Assembly (NCBI GenBank): GCA_001600695.1
Contig: BCKQ01000001.1
Span: forward strand, 2,649,228-2,713,227
Origin: Ascoidea asiatica JCM 7603
Lineage: Eukaryota > Fungi > Ascomycota
DNA: 64,000 bases
Direction: 5' to 3'
Part shown: positions 44,981-56,617 of the stretch, piece after piece
Layout of the letters: every line of letters begins with the position of its first letter
Numbering within the stretch: position 1 is the stretch's first letter
The notes under the pieces: model-generated
Seen by the model: the letters and a program-made list of their open reading frames with translations, nothing else
What the model was told of the DNA's origin: nothing
Database searches by the model: none
Made by a program: the position numbers and the translations under genes

Positions 44981-47900
44981 ATGTCAAATAAACAAGAAAC
45001 TATCATCAGACTACTTGAAGAATCTTTAAATCCTTCGACTGCAAATACTTCCGAAAAATCTTTGAAAGATTTAGAGGTTAGCATTCCAAACTTTTCAATT
45101 ATACTATTGGAAATAGTTTCCAACGATTCGTTAGGTCTTAATATAAGATTGGCTGCTTCATTGTGTTTCAAAAACTTTATAAAAAGGAAATGGGTTGATG
45201 AAAATGGTAATTATAAGCTAAATCTTGATCAAGTACAATTAATTAAATCTAGAATTTTTAACTTAATGATAAATTTATCAAATAAAAATCTACAATTACA
45301 AATTGCTGATTCTATTTCAATTATTGCTGATTCAGATTTTCCTGATAATTGGCCAACATTAATTGATGAAATAGTATCGAATTTATCAAATGATAATATT
45401 TCTGTGATTAATGGTGTTCTTATTGTTGCTCATTCAATATTCAAAAAATGGAGACCGCTTTTTAGATCAGATGATTTATTTTTGGAAATTAAATTAGTTT
45501 TAGAAAAATTTGCTGATCCATTCTTGCAATTATTTCTCAAAGTTGATCAATTGATAGACTCAGATAAAAGTTCAACTATTCTTTTAGAAAATTTACTTTT
45601 AATAGTTAAAATATATTATGATCTAAATTGTCAAGATATTCCAGAGTTTTTTGAAGACAATTTAAATGATGGTATGAGTTTACTTCTCAAATACTTAAAT
45701 TATGAGGTTCCAACCCCTAATAATAATGAGTTAGAAGAAATTTCAATCAAAGTCAAATCCTCAATTGTTGATTTAATTCAGCTATATATCACGAGATATC
45801 AAGATGTTCTTGCTCAAAACCATATTGAAACCTTTACTAAATCTATTTATTCTTCTTTAACCACCTTTCTAACCTTAGACTCTAAATTTGATTTGCTAGC
45901 CTCAAAATGCCTCACGTTTCTTAAAAATGTGGTACCAATTCCTTACATTTATAATCAGTTTTTCGTTTCTGACAAAGCACTAGAAGAAATACTTTTAAAG
46001 ATAATTTTACCAAATATTTCTTTAACTGAATCTGACGAAGACTTATTTGAAGATGATCCAATTGAATATATTAGAAGAGATTTAGAGGGATCAGACTCTG
46101 ATACTAGAAGACGTGCATCGACAGATTTTTTAAGAACACTTAAAGATAAAGATGAGAAAAGAATAACCGAAATAGTGATGAAGTTTATATCAACTTTTCT
46201 TGCTCAATATGATCTTAATCCTGCTTCTAATTGGAAAGAAAAAGACACAGCCGTATATTTATTCATTTCATTGGCAGCAAAAGGTGCCATAACTAATATT
46301 GGAATTACTTCAACTAATTTGTTAGTTGATATAATTCAATTTTTCTCTCAGAATATAGCCAATGATTTAGTTTCTTCCTCTATTCATCCAATTTTGAAGG
46401 TTGATGCTATTAAATACATTTATTTATTTAGGAATCAATTAACAAGACAACAATTGATGGAAATTTTTCCTATGCTTGTTCCTCATTTACTTGTGGATAG
46501 TTATATTGTTTATACTTATGCAGCTATCACCATTGAAAAAATTTTATCTTTAAAGAAGAGTGGAACTTCAAATAATGCTACTAATCCCTCAATAATTATC
46601 AATAATTCTAATATAAATAATGAACCTGTTTTTACAAAAGAGGATATCAAACCAATATCTCAAGATCTCATCAATAATTTGTTCACTTTAATTTTACGAG
46701 ATTATTCTTCTCCAGAAAAATTGGCTGAAAACGAATATTTGATGAAATGTTTAATGAGAGTTTTATTAGTTTCTGATGATATATTTTTATCAAATCAAGA
46801 TTTTTTCGTTTCTGTTATCAATCAATTAATTCAAATAATTGAAGTAATAGCCAAAAATCCTTCCAATCCAAAATTCACTCATTATACTTTTGAAGCAATT
46901 GGAATAGTTATTTTGAAAAACTCTGGTAAATCTAATGAGAATATTATTAACTTTATGAATCTAGTAATTCCTAAATTTTTAACGCTTTTAGCTCAAGAAG
47001 TATTTGAATTTATTCCCTATGTATTTCAAATATTGTCTCAACTTTTAGAGCTATTACCAAAAGCTGATCATAGTTTACCTATCTATTATCATAATTTGGC
47101 AAAGCCTTTACTTTCACCAACTATTTGGGAATATAAAGGAAATATACCTGCTATCACAAGATTGTTAATCAATATGATAGAGTTTGATAGGAATGTATTC
47201 ATTGATAATTTGACAGGTTTATTAGGAGTTTTTCAAAAATTGATTTCATCTAGAGCGAATGATAATTTTGGGTTTGAACTTTTAGAAGGAATTTTGCTTC
47301 ATATTAAGCTTGAAAATTTGAACAAGTATTTAAATCAAATTGCAGTCATTTTACTAACTCGTTTACAAAATGGCAAAACTGAAAAGTATTCAAAAAGATT
47401 TGTTTTGTTTTTATCAACAATCTGTATTTTTGACTCAGAATATATTTCTAATTATAAAAGAAAAGATGTAAATTCTTTAGGACCAGATTTTGTGGTGAAT
47501 TTCATTGATCAGGTTCAACCCAATTTATTTGGAAATATATATCAGTCACTTATTTTAAATGCTTTAACAAATATCACTAATAATCTTAAGGAAAGAAAAG
47601 TTATTTTGGTTGGATTAACAAATTTAATAACCAAATCCAATAAATTCACTCATGGAGTTTATTCCGAATTTTTTGTTCAATCTTTAGATAAACTAATTAT
47701 CATTGCTGCTAAATCTAAATTCAATAAATCTGGAGAATCGGGAGAATCGTTTGATGCAGGTTTTGATATCTCGGAGTACACTTTTGGTGCTAGTTTCTCA
47801 AGATTGATTATCGTTGGAAAAAAAGATTTTGATCCTGTTTCTGATATTAATAACACAAATGGTTCCCTTTCCTATATTGTTAGCCGCCTAAAAAAATTAG

Positions 47901-47986
47901 ACTCTGAAAGTGGAAATTCTTTTTTAAATAACATTACGCCCCAATTATCCGAAGAGTGTCGTTCTGATATTTTAGGTAAATTTTAG
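44981..47986 (+). CDS. CSE1: Cse1/CAS importin-alpha export receptor
   Basis: FKNFIKRKW, IFKKWRPLFRSDDLFLEIKLVL, DLNCQDIPEFFEDN, FEDDPIEYIRRDLEGSDSDTRRRA; ATG at 44981. Confidence 0.97.
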   Translation: MSNKQETIIRLLEESLNPSTANTSEKSLKDLEVSIPNFSIILLEIVSNDSLGLNIRLAASLCFKNFIKRKWVDENGNYKLNLDQVQLIKSRIFNLMINLSNKNLQLQIADSISIIADSDFPDNWPTLIDEIVSNLSNDNISVINGVLIVAHSIFKKWRPLFRSDDLFLEIKLVLEKFADPFLQLFLKVDQLIDSDKSSTILLENLLLIVKIYYDLNCQDIPEFFEDNLNDGMSLLLKYLNYEVPTPNNNELEEISIKVKSSIVDLIQLYITRYQDVLAQNHIETFTKSIYSSLTTFLTLDSKFDLLASKCLTFLKNVVPIPYIYNQFFVSDKALEEILLKIILPNISLTESDEDLFEDDPIEYIRRDLEGSDSDTRRRASTDFLRTLKDKDEKRITEIVMKFISTFLAQYDLNPASNWKEKDTAVYLFISLAAKGAITNIGITSTNLLVDIIQFFSQNIANDLVSSSIHPILKVDAIKYIYLFRNQLTRQQLMEIFPMLVPHLLVDSYIVYTYAAITIEKILSLKKSGTSNNATNPSIIINNSNINNEPVFTKEDIKPISQDLINNLFTLILRDYSSPEKLAENEYLMKCLMRVLLVSDDIFLSNQDFFVSVINQLIQIIEVIAKNPSNPKFTHYTFEAIGIVILKNSGKSNENIINFMNLVIPKFLTLLAQEVFEFIPYVFQILSQLLELLPKADHSLPIYYHNLAKPLLSPTIWEYKGNIPAITRLLINMIEFDRNVFIDNLTGLLGVFQKLISSRANDNFGFELLEGILLHIKLENLNKYLNQIAVILLTRLQNGKTEKYSKRFVLFLSTICIFDSEYISNYKRKDVNSLGPDFVVNFIDQVQPNLFGNIYQSLILNALTNITNNLKERKVILVGLTNLITKSNKFTHGVYSEFFVQSLDKLIIIAAKSKFNKSGESGESFDAGFDISEYTFGASFSRLIIVGKKDFDPVSDINNTNGSLSYIVSRLKKLDSESGNSFLNNITPQLSEECRSDILGKF

Positions 47987-48908
47987 TAAAGTTTTTTGTA
48001 ATTATTTAAAATTTTTGCTTAGAATTTTTCTTTCTCTTTCAAATTTTTTTCAAAATGTGTTAATAAATAGATTACACAAAACAAATTTTTTCGCGCTACT
48101 TATTTTTTTTAAAAATTCTGGGAGAGCTTTACATTAATTGAAAAGAGTAATTCCCAATCTGAAGCGCAACCTTGATTAACAGGAAGTTATAAACTTCTTT
48201 TTATCCTCCATGTTACGTGTTTGTCAGCGCAGCTGCAAATTGTGTATCTATTTTTTACGTAGTTGGTCATCTTAAACTTTCAATATACTAACGTTATGAC
48301 TGAAATTATTTCTAGCTTTAAGTAGGGCAATTTGGCGATATAAACCTGAAAGAAACACCTAAAAACATTCCATAATTAAGAATATTGGGATAAACATAAA
48401 TTTCTCAAACGAAAAGTAATGGAAAAAATAGTTAAAGAAGCTTTTTGGTCGTAAAGGAAAGTATAAGTAGATAATCTTTTAAATAAAATAAACTAAAACC
48501 ACTCCAAGTTTGTTGCACAGATAGTCATACATCAACTTTTTAAAACAATCATAAATTGGAATACTTTTGCATTATATTTCAGTCACATGTTAGTTATTAT
48601 CACAATGACCGATGAGCCACACGTCAACGCCACTAAAATAGGAATTTGTGGACACGGACGGATTTCCGGGGTAGGATTGTGTATCAGCAGTCTAACATTA
48701 GTTACAGTACCCTACGGTAGATAATACTAAAGATAACACTCATTCAACCAGTTCGTTAAAAGCTAATCGATATATTAATTTCCTTTGATTCTAATCAAAA
48801 ATATCTAAAATAAAACTTTTGGAATACTACTTAGAAATTGTTACAACCTATAGGTTTAGATTTTTTTACTTAAGTTTTAATAATTTTTTTGTTAAAGAGG
48901 TTATAGCC

Positions 48909-49413
48909 ATGTCTAAAATGTAAGTTAAGCCAAATCTTTTCATATTTCAATAAATCTAAAGAAAGTTAAAGGACTAACTCTCAACTATTTTTCTTTTTGA
49001 TTTATAGACCAAGAAGTTTCAGATTGCTAGAGGAGCTTGAGAAAGGAGAAAAAGGAATGGGTGCTGAATCCTGCTCATATGGGCTTGATGATAGTGATGA
49101 TATTTCAATGACTCATTGGAATGGGACAATTTTAGGCCCACCTCATAGTAGTCATGAAAATAGAATATATAGTTTGTCTCTAGAATGTAATGAAGATTAT
49201 CCAGATAAACCACCAATTGTTAAATTTGTTTCAAAGATTAATCTTCCTTGTGTTGACTCAAATGGATCGGTTGATCCGAAAAAATTGCAACTATTAAAGA
49301 ATTGGAAAAGGAGTTATACAATGGAGACACTCCTATTGGAATTAAGAAGGGAAATGGCTAGTTCTGCTAATAAAAGACTAAATCAACCTGCTGAAGGGTC
49401 TGTTTATCCCTAA
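48909..49413 (+). CDS. MMS2: Ubiquitin-conjugating enzyme variant Mms2; exons 48909-48919 and 49008-49413
   Basis: Spliced MSKIPRSFRLLEELEKGEKG; WNGTILGPPHSSHENRIYSL; no catalytic Cys; 11-nt first exon. Confidence 0.96.
48920..49007 (+). other. Spliceosomal intron of MMS2
   Basis: GTAAGT donor, GACTAAC branch at 48972-48978, TATAG acceptor. Confidence 0.93.
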
Positions 49414-49597
49414 ATTTATTGATGCATGCATAAAATGACCATTTAGTTTCAATGACTTTAAGGATCCTTCTTTAATTATTATTTTGAATTGCTGTTACAA
49501 AATAAATTAAGTTCAAGAATTTTCTCGCAAAGATATATTTTGCTATATATAGTTATATACTTTTCGATACAATATTTATTACAGCTATTTTTTCGAT

Positions 49598-51595
49598 TTA
49601 TTTATTAAGTACCTCTTTTTCTAAATCAATTAATGCCTCACCATATATTTTCTCATCCCTGTCATTGAATAATTGATTTTCATCCGTTTTAGAGTCTGTA
49701 AAAACTCCTTCAATTTGCAAATACTCCATTTTGGGTTCAGTCTGTTTTCCTATTCCTTGAAGCAACTTTGTAAACCATTTTCTTTCACCATTTCCAATTA
49801 TTAAATTTATTGCCTGCCCTGATTTACCAGCTCTAGCGGTTCTTCCAACACGATGGACATACTCTCTAGAACTTAAAGGTAAATCATAGTTGATAACTGT
49901 TTTTATGGTAGATATGTCTATTCCTCTTGCTATTAAATCTGTACCAATTATGATATGAATTTCCCCTCTAGAAAACTTATCCAATATTTTTTTTTTTTGG
50001 AAACTTGAGATTGATGAATTGATACAAGCTATTTTAATATCTTGACTATATTTTTTTGAAAGTAGCTGCAATAATCTGGCTAATCTTGAAGAAGTATCAT
50101 TGGACTTACTAAAAACTAGTGTGTTCTTTTGCAAATTCTTGACAAGAAATATAATTTTAAATAAAATTAATGGCTTAAACGATGAGCTAGAAGAACTTTG
50201 AAATACCTGATACTCCCTTAGCCCAGAAGGTAGTAAAAATACATCATTTTGATTTGAACGTTCTAATACATTTTGACCACGATCGTCGGCAATTAAAATT
50301 TTTGGCATATGAAAATGCAATGCCGTTAACTGTCCTGAATCAGTAGTTAATGTTGCACTAAAGATGAGCTTTTGGATGTTTCGAGAAACATTAAACTTAC
50401 AATTGTTATGGTTGTTACTTTGTTCTTCTTCTTGAATTTTATCTAATAAAATACTTATCCAATTTTGAAAAGACTGATTTAAAAGTCTATCTGCCTCGTC
50501 TATTATAAGAAATTGCAAATGCTTTATGCATATGTCCCCTAATTTTAAATGATCGACTAGCCTTCCTGGAGTAGTTATTAGTATATCAGGAATAGTTTTC
50601 TTCAATTTTATTGACTCCTCTTTTATAGAAATCTTTGGTCTATTTAACCCTATGATATTAAGATTCAAACCTTTAGATAGTTGATCCAAAGTAGAAAACA
50701 CTTGGGCTATAAGGGGTTTCGTAGGAACTATTATAATGCAATGCAATTTTGGTACAACTCTTGTACAAATGCTTTGAAGGATTGGTAGTACATAAGCAAT
50801 GGTCTTTCCAGAGCCAGTAGCTGCATTTACAAGTAGATCTGAATGACCATCTGGAAAAAATTTCCCTTTCTTAATTTCTTTTAGCATAATATCCAATACT
50901 GATACTTGAACAGAAAAGGCTTCAGAGAATCCATTTTCCTCAAGATTTGCCAAAATTTTAGGATGAAGAAGATTAGCATAGTTGGAAAATTTTTTCTTAA
51001 TGTGTGTCTGAAAATATACGGGTTCACTAAGCCAGCTTAAAGATGGATTACCTAAAGTTTTTAATTTCTCGTCATGAGGAAGGGAGGGTTGAGGCAAAGG
51101 TGTGAGATTTTGAATAAAACGATTACTGTTTTCGGCTGATAAAATGGAAGATGTTTTCATATTTGGTAAACCTTTTTGTGAATCAATTGTTTTATTGAAT
51201 CTATTCATTATTAGCGCATGCTTATTAGAAGAAAAAGATTCAACTTCTTTAATTGCACTACCTGAAAAAATAACTTCGGTATCAGTTTGAAATTTCCCGG
51301 TTATTATATTTTTTGAGACAGATTCAAAATTTGATAATGTAGAGCTCTTTTCCTCTAATATAGGAAATTTTAAATTGGAAGATTTTATGTCAGAATTCAG
51401 ATTATCTGAGTAGCCATTCATGGCCTTGCTAGCTTTTGAGCCATTGTTAAAGCTATGTTCTTCGTGCTCTTCATGCTGTGATTCATTTTCACTTTCATCA
51501 CTCAAACTGATATCATCCTTAAATTCATGCGGTAACTTTCGCTTTTTGTAACCAGTTGAAAGGCTTATATTTGGATCGAACCTACGAGCAAACAT
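49598..51595 (-). CDS. DBP6: DEAD-box RNA helicase Dbp6
   Basis: MFARRFDP start, [40 protein letters not shown]; ATG at 51595. Confidence 0.93.
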   Translation of the reverse strand: MFARRFDPNISLSTGYKKRKLPHEFKDDISLSDESENESQHEEHEEHSFNNGSKASKAMNGYSDNLNSDIKSSNLKFPILEEKSSTLSNFESVSKNIITGKFQTDTEVIFSGSAIKEVESFSSNKHALIMNRFNKTIDSQKGLPNMKTSSILSAENSNRFIQNLTPLPQPSLPHDEKLKTLGNPSLSWLSEPVYFQTHIKKKFSNYANLLHPKILANLEENGFSEAFSVQVSVLDIMLKEIKKGKFFPDGHSDLLVNAATGSGKTIAYVLPILQSICTRVVPKLHCIIIVPTKPLIAQVFSTLDQLSKGLNLNIIGLNRPKISIKEESIKLKKTIPDILITTPGRLVDHLKLGDICIKHLQFLIIDEADRLLNQSFQNWISILLDKIQEEEQSNNHNNCKFNVSRNIQKLIFSATLTTDSGQLTALHFHMPKILIADDRGQNVLERSNQNDVFLLPSGLREYQVFQSSSSSSFKPLILFKIIFLVKNLQKNTLVFSKSNDTSSRLARLLQLLSKKYSQDIKIACINSSISSFQKKKILDKFSRGEIHIIIGTDLIARGIDISTIKTVINYDLPLSSREYVHRVGRTARAGKSGQAINLIIGNGERKWFTKLLQGIGKQTEPKMEYLQIEGVFTDSKTDENQLFNDRDEKIYGEALIDLEKEVLNK

Positions 51596-52018
51596 ATTTA
51601 TCTGGGTAGAATATACCAGTTTATTAAATTCTCTATTTTTTTTGAAAAGCATTGTGGAAAAATTTTCTTAAAATAATTATATCTCTGGTTATTCAATTAT
51701 CAGGTGACCCTCCGCGTTTCTTGATGACTTACCGATACACCATGGCCTACCTTATTAGCTATAACTACATAGTAGTGAAGTAATCCTTAACAAAAAGTAG
51801 CTAAAGATATTGCATTTTTGAGGAACTTGTTTAAAAACTAATCAAGGAATTGAAGTAAATATCAAAAAGATTTAGGTTTCAAGTACGCCTACATTTTAAT
51901 TTCTAATAAGTCAAACAATTAGTCTATTTGTGAGAAAATTCGGTTATTGTTAGCGTACGAAATTATTGATTTATTCTTTATCTTTTTTACTTATTCAAAA
52001 AAACTGCAGACTAGAATC

Positions 52019-52294
52019 ATGAAGCCTACAACACTGTTGCTAAAACGCTCTGTTTGGAAAGGACCTTATATTGTACCTCTTCCTATTGGAAAGGCTCTCA
52101 AAACTGGAGCTCCAATTCGAACAAATGCTAGAGCTTGTACTATTTTGCCCCAGTTTGTCGGTGTGAAATTTCAAATCCATAATGGTAAAGAATATGTCCC
52201 TATAGTAATAACAGAGGATATGGTTGGTTCAAAGTTGGGCGAATTTGCTCCAACGAGAAAGAGGTTCAAATATACATTGACCAAAAATTCTTGA
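52019..52294 (+). CDS. RSM19: Mitochondrial ribosomal protein uS19m
   Basis: [43 protein letters not shown]; ATG at 52019. Confidence 0.95.
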   Translation: MKPTTLLLKRSVWKGPYIVPLPIGKALKTGAPIRTNARACTILPQFVGVKFQIHNGKEYVPIVITEDMVGSKLGEFAPTRKRFKYTLTKNS

Positions 52295-52631
52295 TTTGGA
52301 GCATGAAATCAGTTTGCGCGATGAACTCCTAGTATTTCTTAAGAAATTTGTATATAGTTATATTATTAGTGCCATAAATATTAAAAATTTTTGTTGCTTA
52401 ATTGATTGCTTTTGACTTCAATCTACTATATATAATGCTTTCAATAAAAATTTAGTTAAAATAAAAATGCTATAGACAAAAATTAGATTTTAGGAAAATG
52501 AAAATAAAAATTAAACCTTTAAATGATTTTAAAAAAAATAAAAAAACATTTGAGTGTTTACATACAAAAGTTATAAATATATGAGTATCTTTGAAAGCAA
52601 AAAAGCTTTCCTGATATAGTTTGCATCCCAA

Positions 52632-55600
52632 TTAAAAAGCAAAATTTGTCATCTCTTGATCTTGAAGAATGTCACTAAAGTAAAATCCGATTACACTTAC
52701 AAAATACATCAAAATTAACAAACTACCCTTGAAGTAATTCGATTTGCCTTCAGCATAAATATAAGTGAAAATGAATACTGAAATCATAGTGATAACCAAA
52801 TCCCATCTTGGAAAGACTAAAGTGAAATAACTAGAATCAAGCGGAATATTCTTGAGAACATCCAAAGGAAGCTTGGACATATTGTAGACTGAGTAAATAA
52901 CTAATGCCGGAATTTGCAAAAGAACTACTTGCAAAACATATGCACTTCCAATTTCCATCGATAAAGCAACATTTCCATGCATTGCAAATGATATAGCATT
53001 TAAAAACTCAGTAGTGTTTGGTACCAAGGCAAAAACTGTAAGACCTAAAAATTTAGGATTAATAGGGAATTCTTTCAATACAACATCAACACAATCCACT
53101 AATATTTCTGCAATTATAGCATAGAAAACAGTTGCTCCAAGTAGAATTATGGTAGATTTTTGTCTAGACCAATTTGGTGCATCATGTCCACTAGTAACCG
53201 CTTCTGAATCTTTGGTTGGCTCAATTTCTTGCTGGACTTTGTGAACAAGATTGTGAAGAGTATTTGAAATCTTCCTACTTAATGAAGGTCTTCTCAAAGC
53301 AGAAGATACACCCTGAGAGTCATCTAAAGTCAATAGAGCTGAGTTCTGAACCAGACCAGAATTGTTAAAAGGTAAAACTGATTCCGAGTTTGAAACGGAT
53401 GTTGATAATCCTCTAGAGACAGTATCTTTTTTTTCTTCTGGTGTATTGGTTTGCCAGATTAGCGCTGCGTGTGTTCTTAGAGTAAATAGTAAACCAATAC
53501 TATATGCCAAAAATAAAACAATACAGGCCAATACAGATAATGGCTTGAGGAAATGTGCGTAAAGATTATCATATTTCAATGCAGGAATCAAGAAATGGCA
53601 TTTACGACAGTCTTCTTGATAGCTTTCTTCAGATAAACACGATGTGCATTCAACCTCGTAAGTTCCATATATCTGCTGAAAAATTGTAGGAATAAACATA
53701 ACAACTATGGAAAAAAGAAGCATAGTCGAACTTACTCCAGCCGATTTAGGATTATACCTTTGTGTTTTTCTTTTAACTGCCCCAGCACACATTGAAAGAC
53801 CTGGAAGCAAAAGAACAGCACCTAGAATAGAACCAATTAAGGAACCTTCAACCAATTTCCCTTTATTTTGATCCAATGCAACACAATATAGAAATACCTC
53901 GACAACAGTGGAGAAAAAAGCATTAATAACAGCACCAGCACCCATTGATGATTGTGCGGATATTGAGGCCACAGCCTGACCAATAAAGTAGGCTAAAGGA
54001 ATAACACTTAATAAACATAAACCGAAAATAAGAGAAGGACTGGTGTAGAATGCATCTATTTCTAGGTATTCTGCAAAAAAATAAAAATCAAAAATGACAA
54101 AAAAAACGCCAAACAACATGTTAATAAGAAAAACATTTGTTCCATCTACTGTATACTTATAGTAGTGAAATCCTAAATATCTGTATGTGCACAATAATAT
54201 AGTTGAGTCCTTCACGTTGAAACCAGATTGACATTTTTCTTCTTTGAAAAAAATGGCTAATGGATGTTTCCTTAAATGATTTCCCAATAAATATGTGACT
54301 TTGGACATAGGAATGCTGAAAACAAATAACCAACAAATAAAAGAGATCAAATATAAAATCGGTGCCAAGCAAAGGTAATAATAAAGATAAAAAGCAATTC
54401 TTCCAATGTTCCATTTACCTCTTCCGAAAAACCTAACTTTGTTCAATTTTCCATTTTCTAAATCATTTAGTTCAGGTTCTTCGTGTTGGTCATTATCGCT
54501 ATTGAAAGGAGGATCATTATATAAAGATTGATAGTTACCGTCATTATTATCACCCATGACAGAGCCAATTATTGAAGGTTGATGACTTAATAGAGGAGTG
54601 ATTTCATTATTATCAGGAGCAATAGTATTCAAAGGATTGTTGCCTCTTTGAAGATTACTTGCAGCTAAATTGGTATTTCTAGGACCTCCACCTCTAGAGG
54701 CAAAAAATAAACCTCTCTGCAGATTATTATTTCTCCACTTTTGATATTCTCGAACAGTAGTACCTTCATTAATATCTTCTTCAATATAGTTTGAATCTTT
54801 ATAAAGATAAGCTACTTTGCCGAAGGGACTCAATAAATAAAAACCTAATTTCCAAAAAAAAAGTGCATATCTAATTGCATTATTATTTTTTGTTGCTTTG
54901 AAATTTAAAAAGAAAAAATTTAAAACTAAAGTAAATAAGCAACCCAAAATACAATTAAAGAATAAAACCAAACCAAAAGTGCATGACCATAATAAATTGC
55001 CAAGCATAACCCAGAATGTAATCTTTTTAGTTTTTTGAATTTGATCATTTGAGATTTCATGAATATCCGAATCAGCTTGCTTTTGAACAGAACGAGTTTT
55101 TTTGTATAAAGCAGGTTTCCATATTCTTATACCAAATGGATGGGTTGTATTAATAGCATCTTGTCTTTCTCTCAAGGTAAAAGATTCAAGGGAACTTACG
55201 CTCTCAGAATCACCTGAAGTTTCATCTAACAATTGATTGGTATCATGATCTGGGCTGAAATTACCATTAATATTGAGATTAGAATTAGAAATAAGATCAG
55301 GATTACTATTAGGATTAGGGATATGATTAGGATTAGAATCGGAATAAGAAGCAAAATTGAAATTGGAATTGACAAGTGAAACTGAATTTTGAATTGGTAT
55401 TTGATTTTTATTATTCAAAGGGTCTAATGGAAGTGAAGAGTTCATAGTTTGATTGAACTCCAGATCTTGTGGAATATCTTCAATGCCTTTATGGGAGTTT
55501 TGAATTGCAGTTCCTAAATTTTTTGCTATGGTAGTATTAACAGTATTTGACCTTTTTATAGGATAAAATTCATTATCAGCATGATCCTCGATATCAGTGT

Positions 55601-55913
55601 TTAAAGAGAAAGGCATAGGGGAAGGGATAGAATCAATGGTAGGAAGACCGGAAATTTTAGTAGAACCAGAAACTGAAGGTACTTTCTTCTTACTCTTAGT
55701 CGAATTCGATTGTTGCTTAAAACCTTCAAGATAATCATTTTGAATTTCATCTTGATCATCATCAACACTGAAAATTAGTTTTGGATGATTGACATTGTGT
55801 TGTGAAGGAAGCCTTTGTAACTTCAAATTATGATGTTTTTTTTTTATAGTTGGAGTAAGATTCGGAGTCTGCAAAGGAGAAGTGATATTTGAATTAGTTG
55901 GATTAGCACTCAT
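52632..55913 (-). CDS. VNX1: Vacuolar monovalent cation/H+ antiporter Vnx1 (CAX family)
   Basis: ESFTLRERQDAINTTHPFGIRIWKPALYKK, YYKYTVDGTN, GQAVASISAQSSMG, GHDAPNWSR, PNTTEFLNAISFA. Confidence 0.94.
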   Translation of the reverse strand: MSANPTNSNITSPLQTPNLTPTIKKKHHNLKLQRLPSQHNVNHPKLIFSVDDDQDEIQNDYLEGFKQQSNSTKSKKKVPSVSGSTKISGLPTIDSIPSPMPFSLNTDIEDHADNEFYPIKRSNTVNTTIAKNLGTAIQNSHKGIEDIPQDLEFNQTMNSSLPLDPLNNKNQIPIQNSVSLVNSNFNFASYSDSNPNHIPNPNSNPDLISNSNLNINGNFSPDHDTNQLLDETSGDSESVSSLESFTLRERQDAINTTHPFGIRIWKPALYKKTRSVQKQADSDIHEISNDQIQKTKKITFWVMLGNLLWSCTFGLVLFFNCILGCLFTLVLNFFFLNFKATKNNNAIRYALFFWKLGFYLLSPFGKVAYLYKDSNYIEEDINEGTTVREYQKWRNNNLQRGLFFASRGGGPRNTNLAASNLQRGNNPLNTIAPDNNEITPLLSHQPSIIGSVMGDNNDGNYQSLYNDPPFNSDNDQHEEPELNDLENGKLNKVRFFGRGKWNIGRIAFYLYYYLCLAPILYLISFICWLFVFSIPMSKVTYLLGNHLRKHPLAIFFKEEKCQSGFNVKDSTILLCTYRYLGFHYYKYTVDGTNVFLINMLFGVFFVIFDFYFFAEYLEIDAFYTSPSLIFGLCLLSVIPLAYFIGQAVASISAQSSMGAGAVINAFFSTVVEVFLYCVALDQNKGKLVEGSLIGSILGAVLLLPGLSMCAGAVKRKTQRYNPKSAGVSSTMLLFSIVVMFIPTIFQQIYGTYEVECTSCLSEESYQEDCRKCHFLIPALKYDNLYAHFLKPLSVLACIVLFLAYSIGLLFTLRTHAALIWQTNTPEEKKDTVSRGLSTSVSNSESVLPFNNSGLVQNSALLTLDDSQGVSSALRRPSLSRKISNTLHNLVHKVQQEIEPTKDSEAVTSGHDAPNWSRQKSTIILLGATVFYAIIAEILVDCVDVVLKEFPINPKFLGLTVFALVPNTTEFLNAISFAMHGNVALSMEIGSAYVLQVVLLQIPALVIYSVYNMSKLPLDVLKNIPLDSSYFTLVFPRWDLVITMISVFIFTYIYAEGKSNYFKGSLLILMYFVSVIGFYFSDILQDQEMTNFAF

Positions 55914-56617
55914 TTTGCTGTTTTAACAATAATTGAAAAGAAAATAAAGCTATGATGAAAAGAAGAAATACGAAAAGAAAAAGAAATGTAATGTAATAAA
56001 GATATTAATAAATTTAGAATTGTATTAGAAGCCAAATAATGATAATTTATAGCGAAAATTAAGGGTAATGAATGGGATTAATGATCTAGCATTAAACAGA
56101 TAATTTGAAGTGCTTTGTTTAAGTTATTTATGTGTATTAATAAGAAAAAAGTTTTTTTCTTTGAACTTAACAATTACTAGTTAATTCAATAGTACAATTT
56201 TTGATTTTAATATTTTTATTGATTTTTTAGGATGATTTTTCATTGATATTTATTGATATTTATTAATATTTATTGTTGTGATTATCAACAACATGCAGAA
56301 TCAGAAAGGTTCAGGTATGCCATGTTTACGTTCTCCAATACTGCACTCACATCTGGAATTCACAATCCGGTGTAGAAAATCCGGAAAAAAAAATATGAAA
56401 ACGGATGTGTCTGCGGATGGTGACACGGATGAGCAACTCCCAGAACAATTCAAAAAGAAATATCTATTAAGTAGAATATAAATAGTGAAACTGCTACGGA
56501 CAATATAAGGCTAGAGTAGATACTTTGAGATTGTCCATAATCAAAGATATCAAGGTTTATTCTATAGTAATTGGCTATGATTACGGCCCAATTCAATTTT
56601 CTTTGAATAGCTGTTCC

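Noticed and set aside
15330-47986. SRP1 and its exporter CSE1 in the same window as a functional cluster
   Set aside because: 28 kb and many unrelated genes apart; probably coincidental
48286-48315. TACTAAC...TAG in the CSE1-MMS2 spacer
   Set aside because: No convincing donor or reading frame; the heptamer is expected by chance in AT-rich DNA
51573-51582. GGTTCGATCC B-box / tRNA T-loop on the minus strand
   Set aside because: Encodes the conserved RFDP of Dbp6; no cloverleaf
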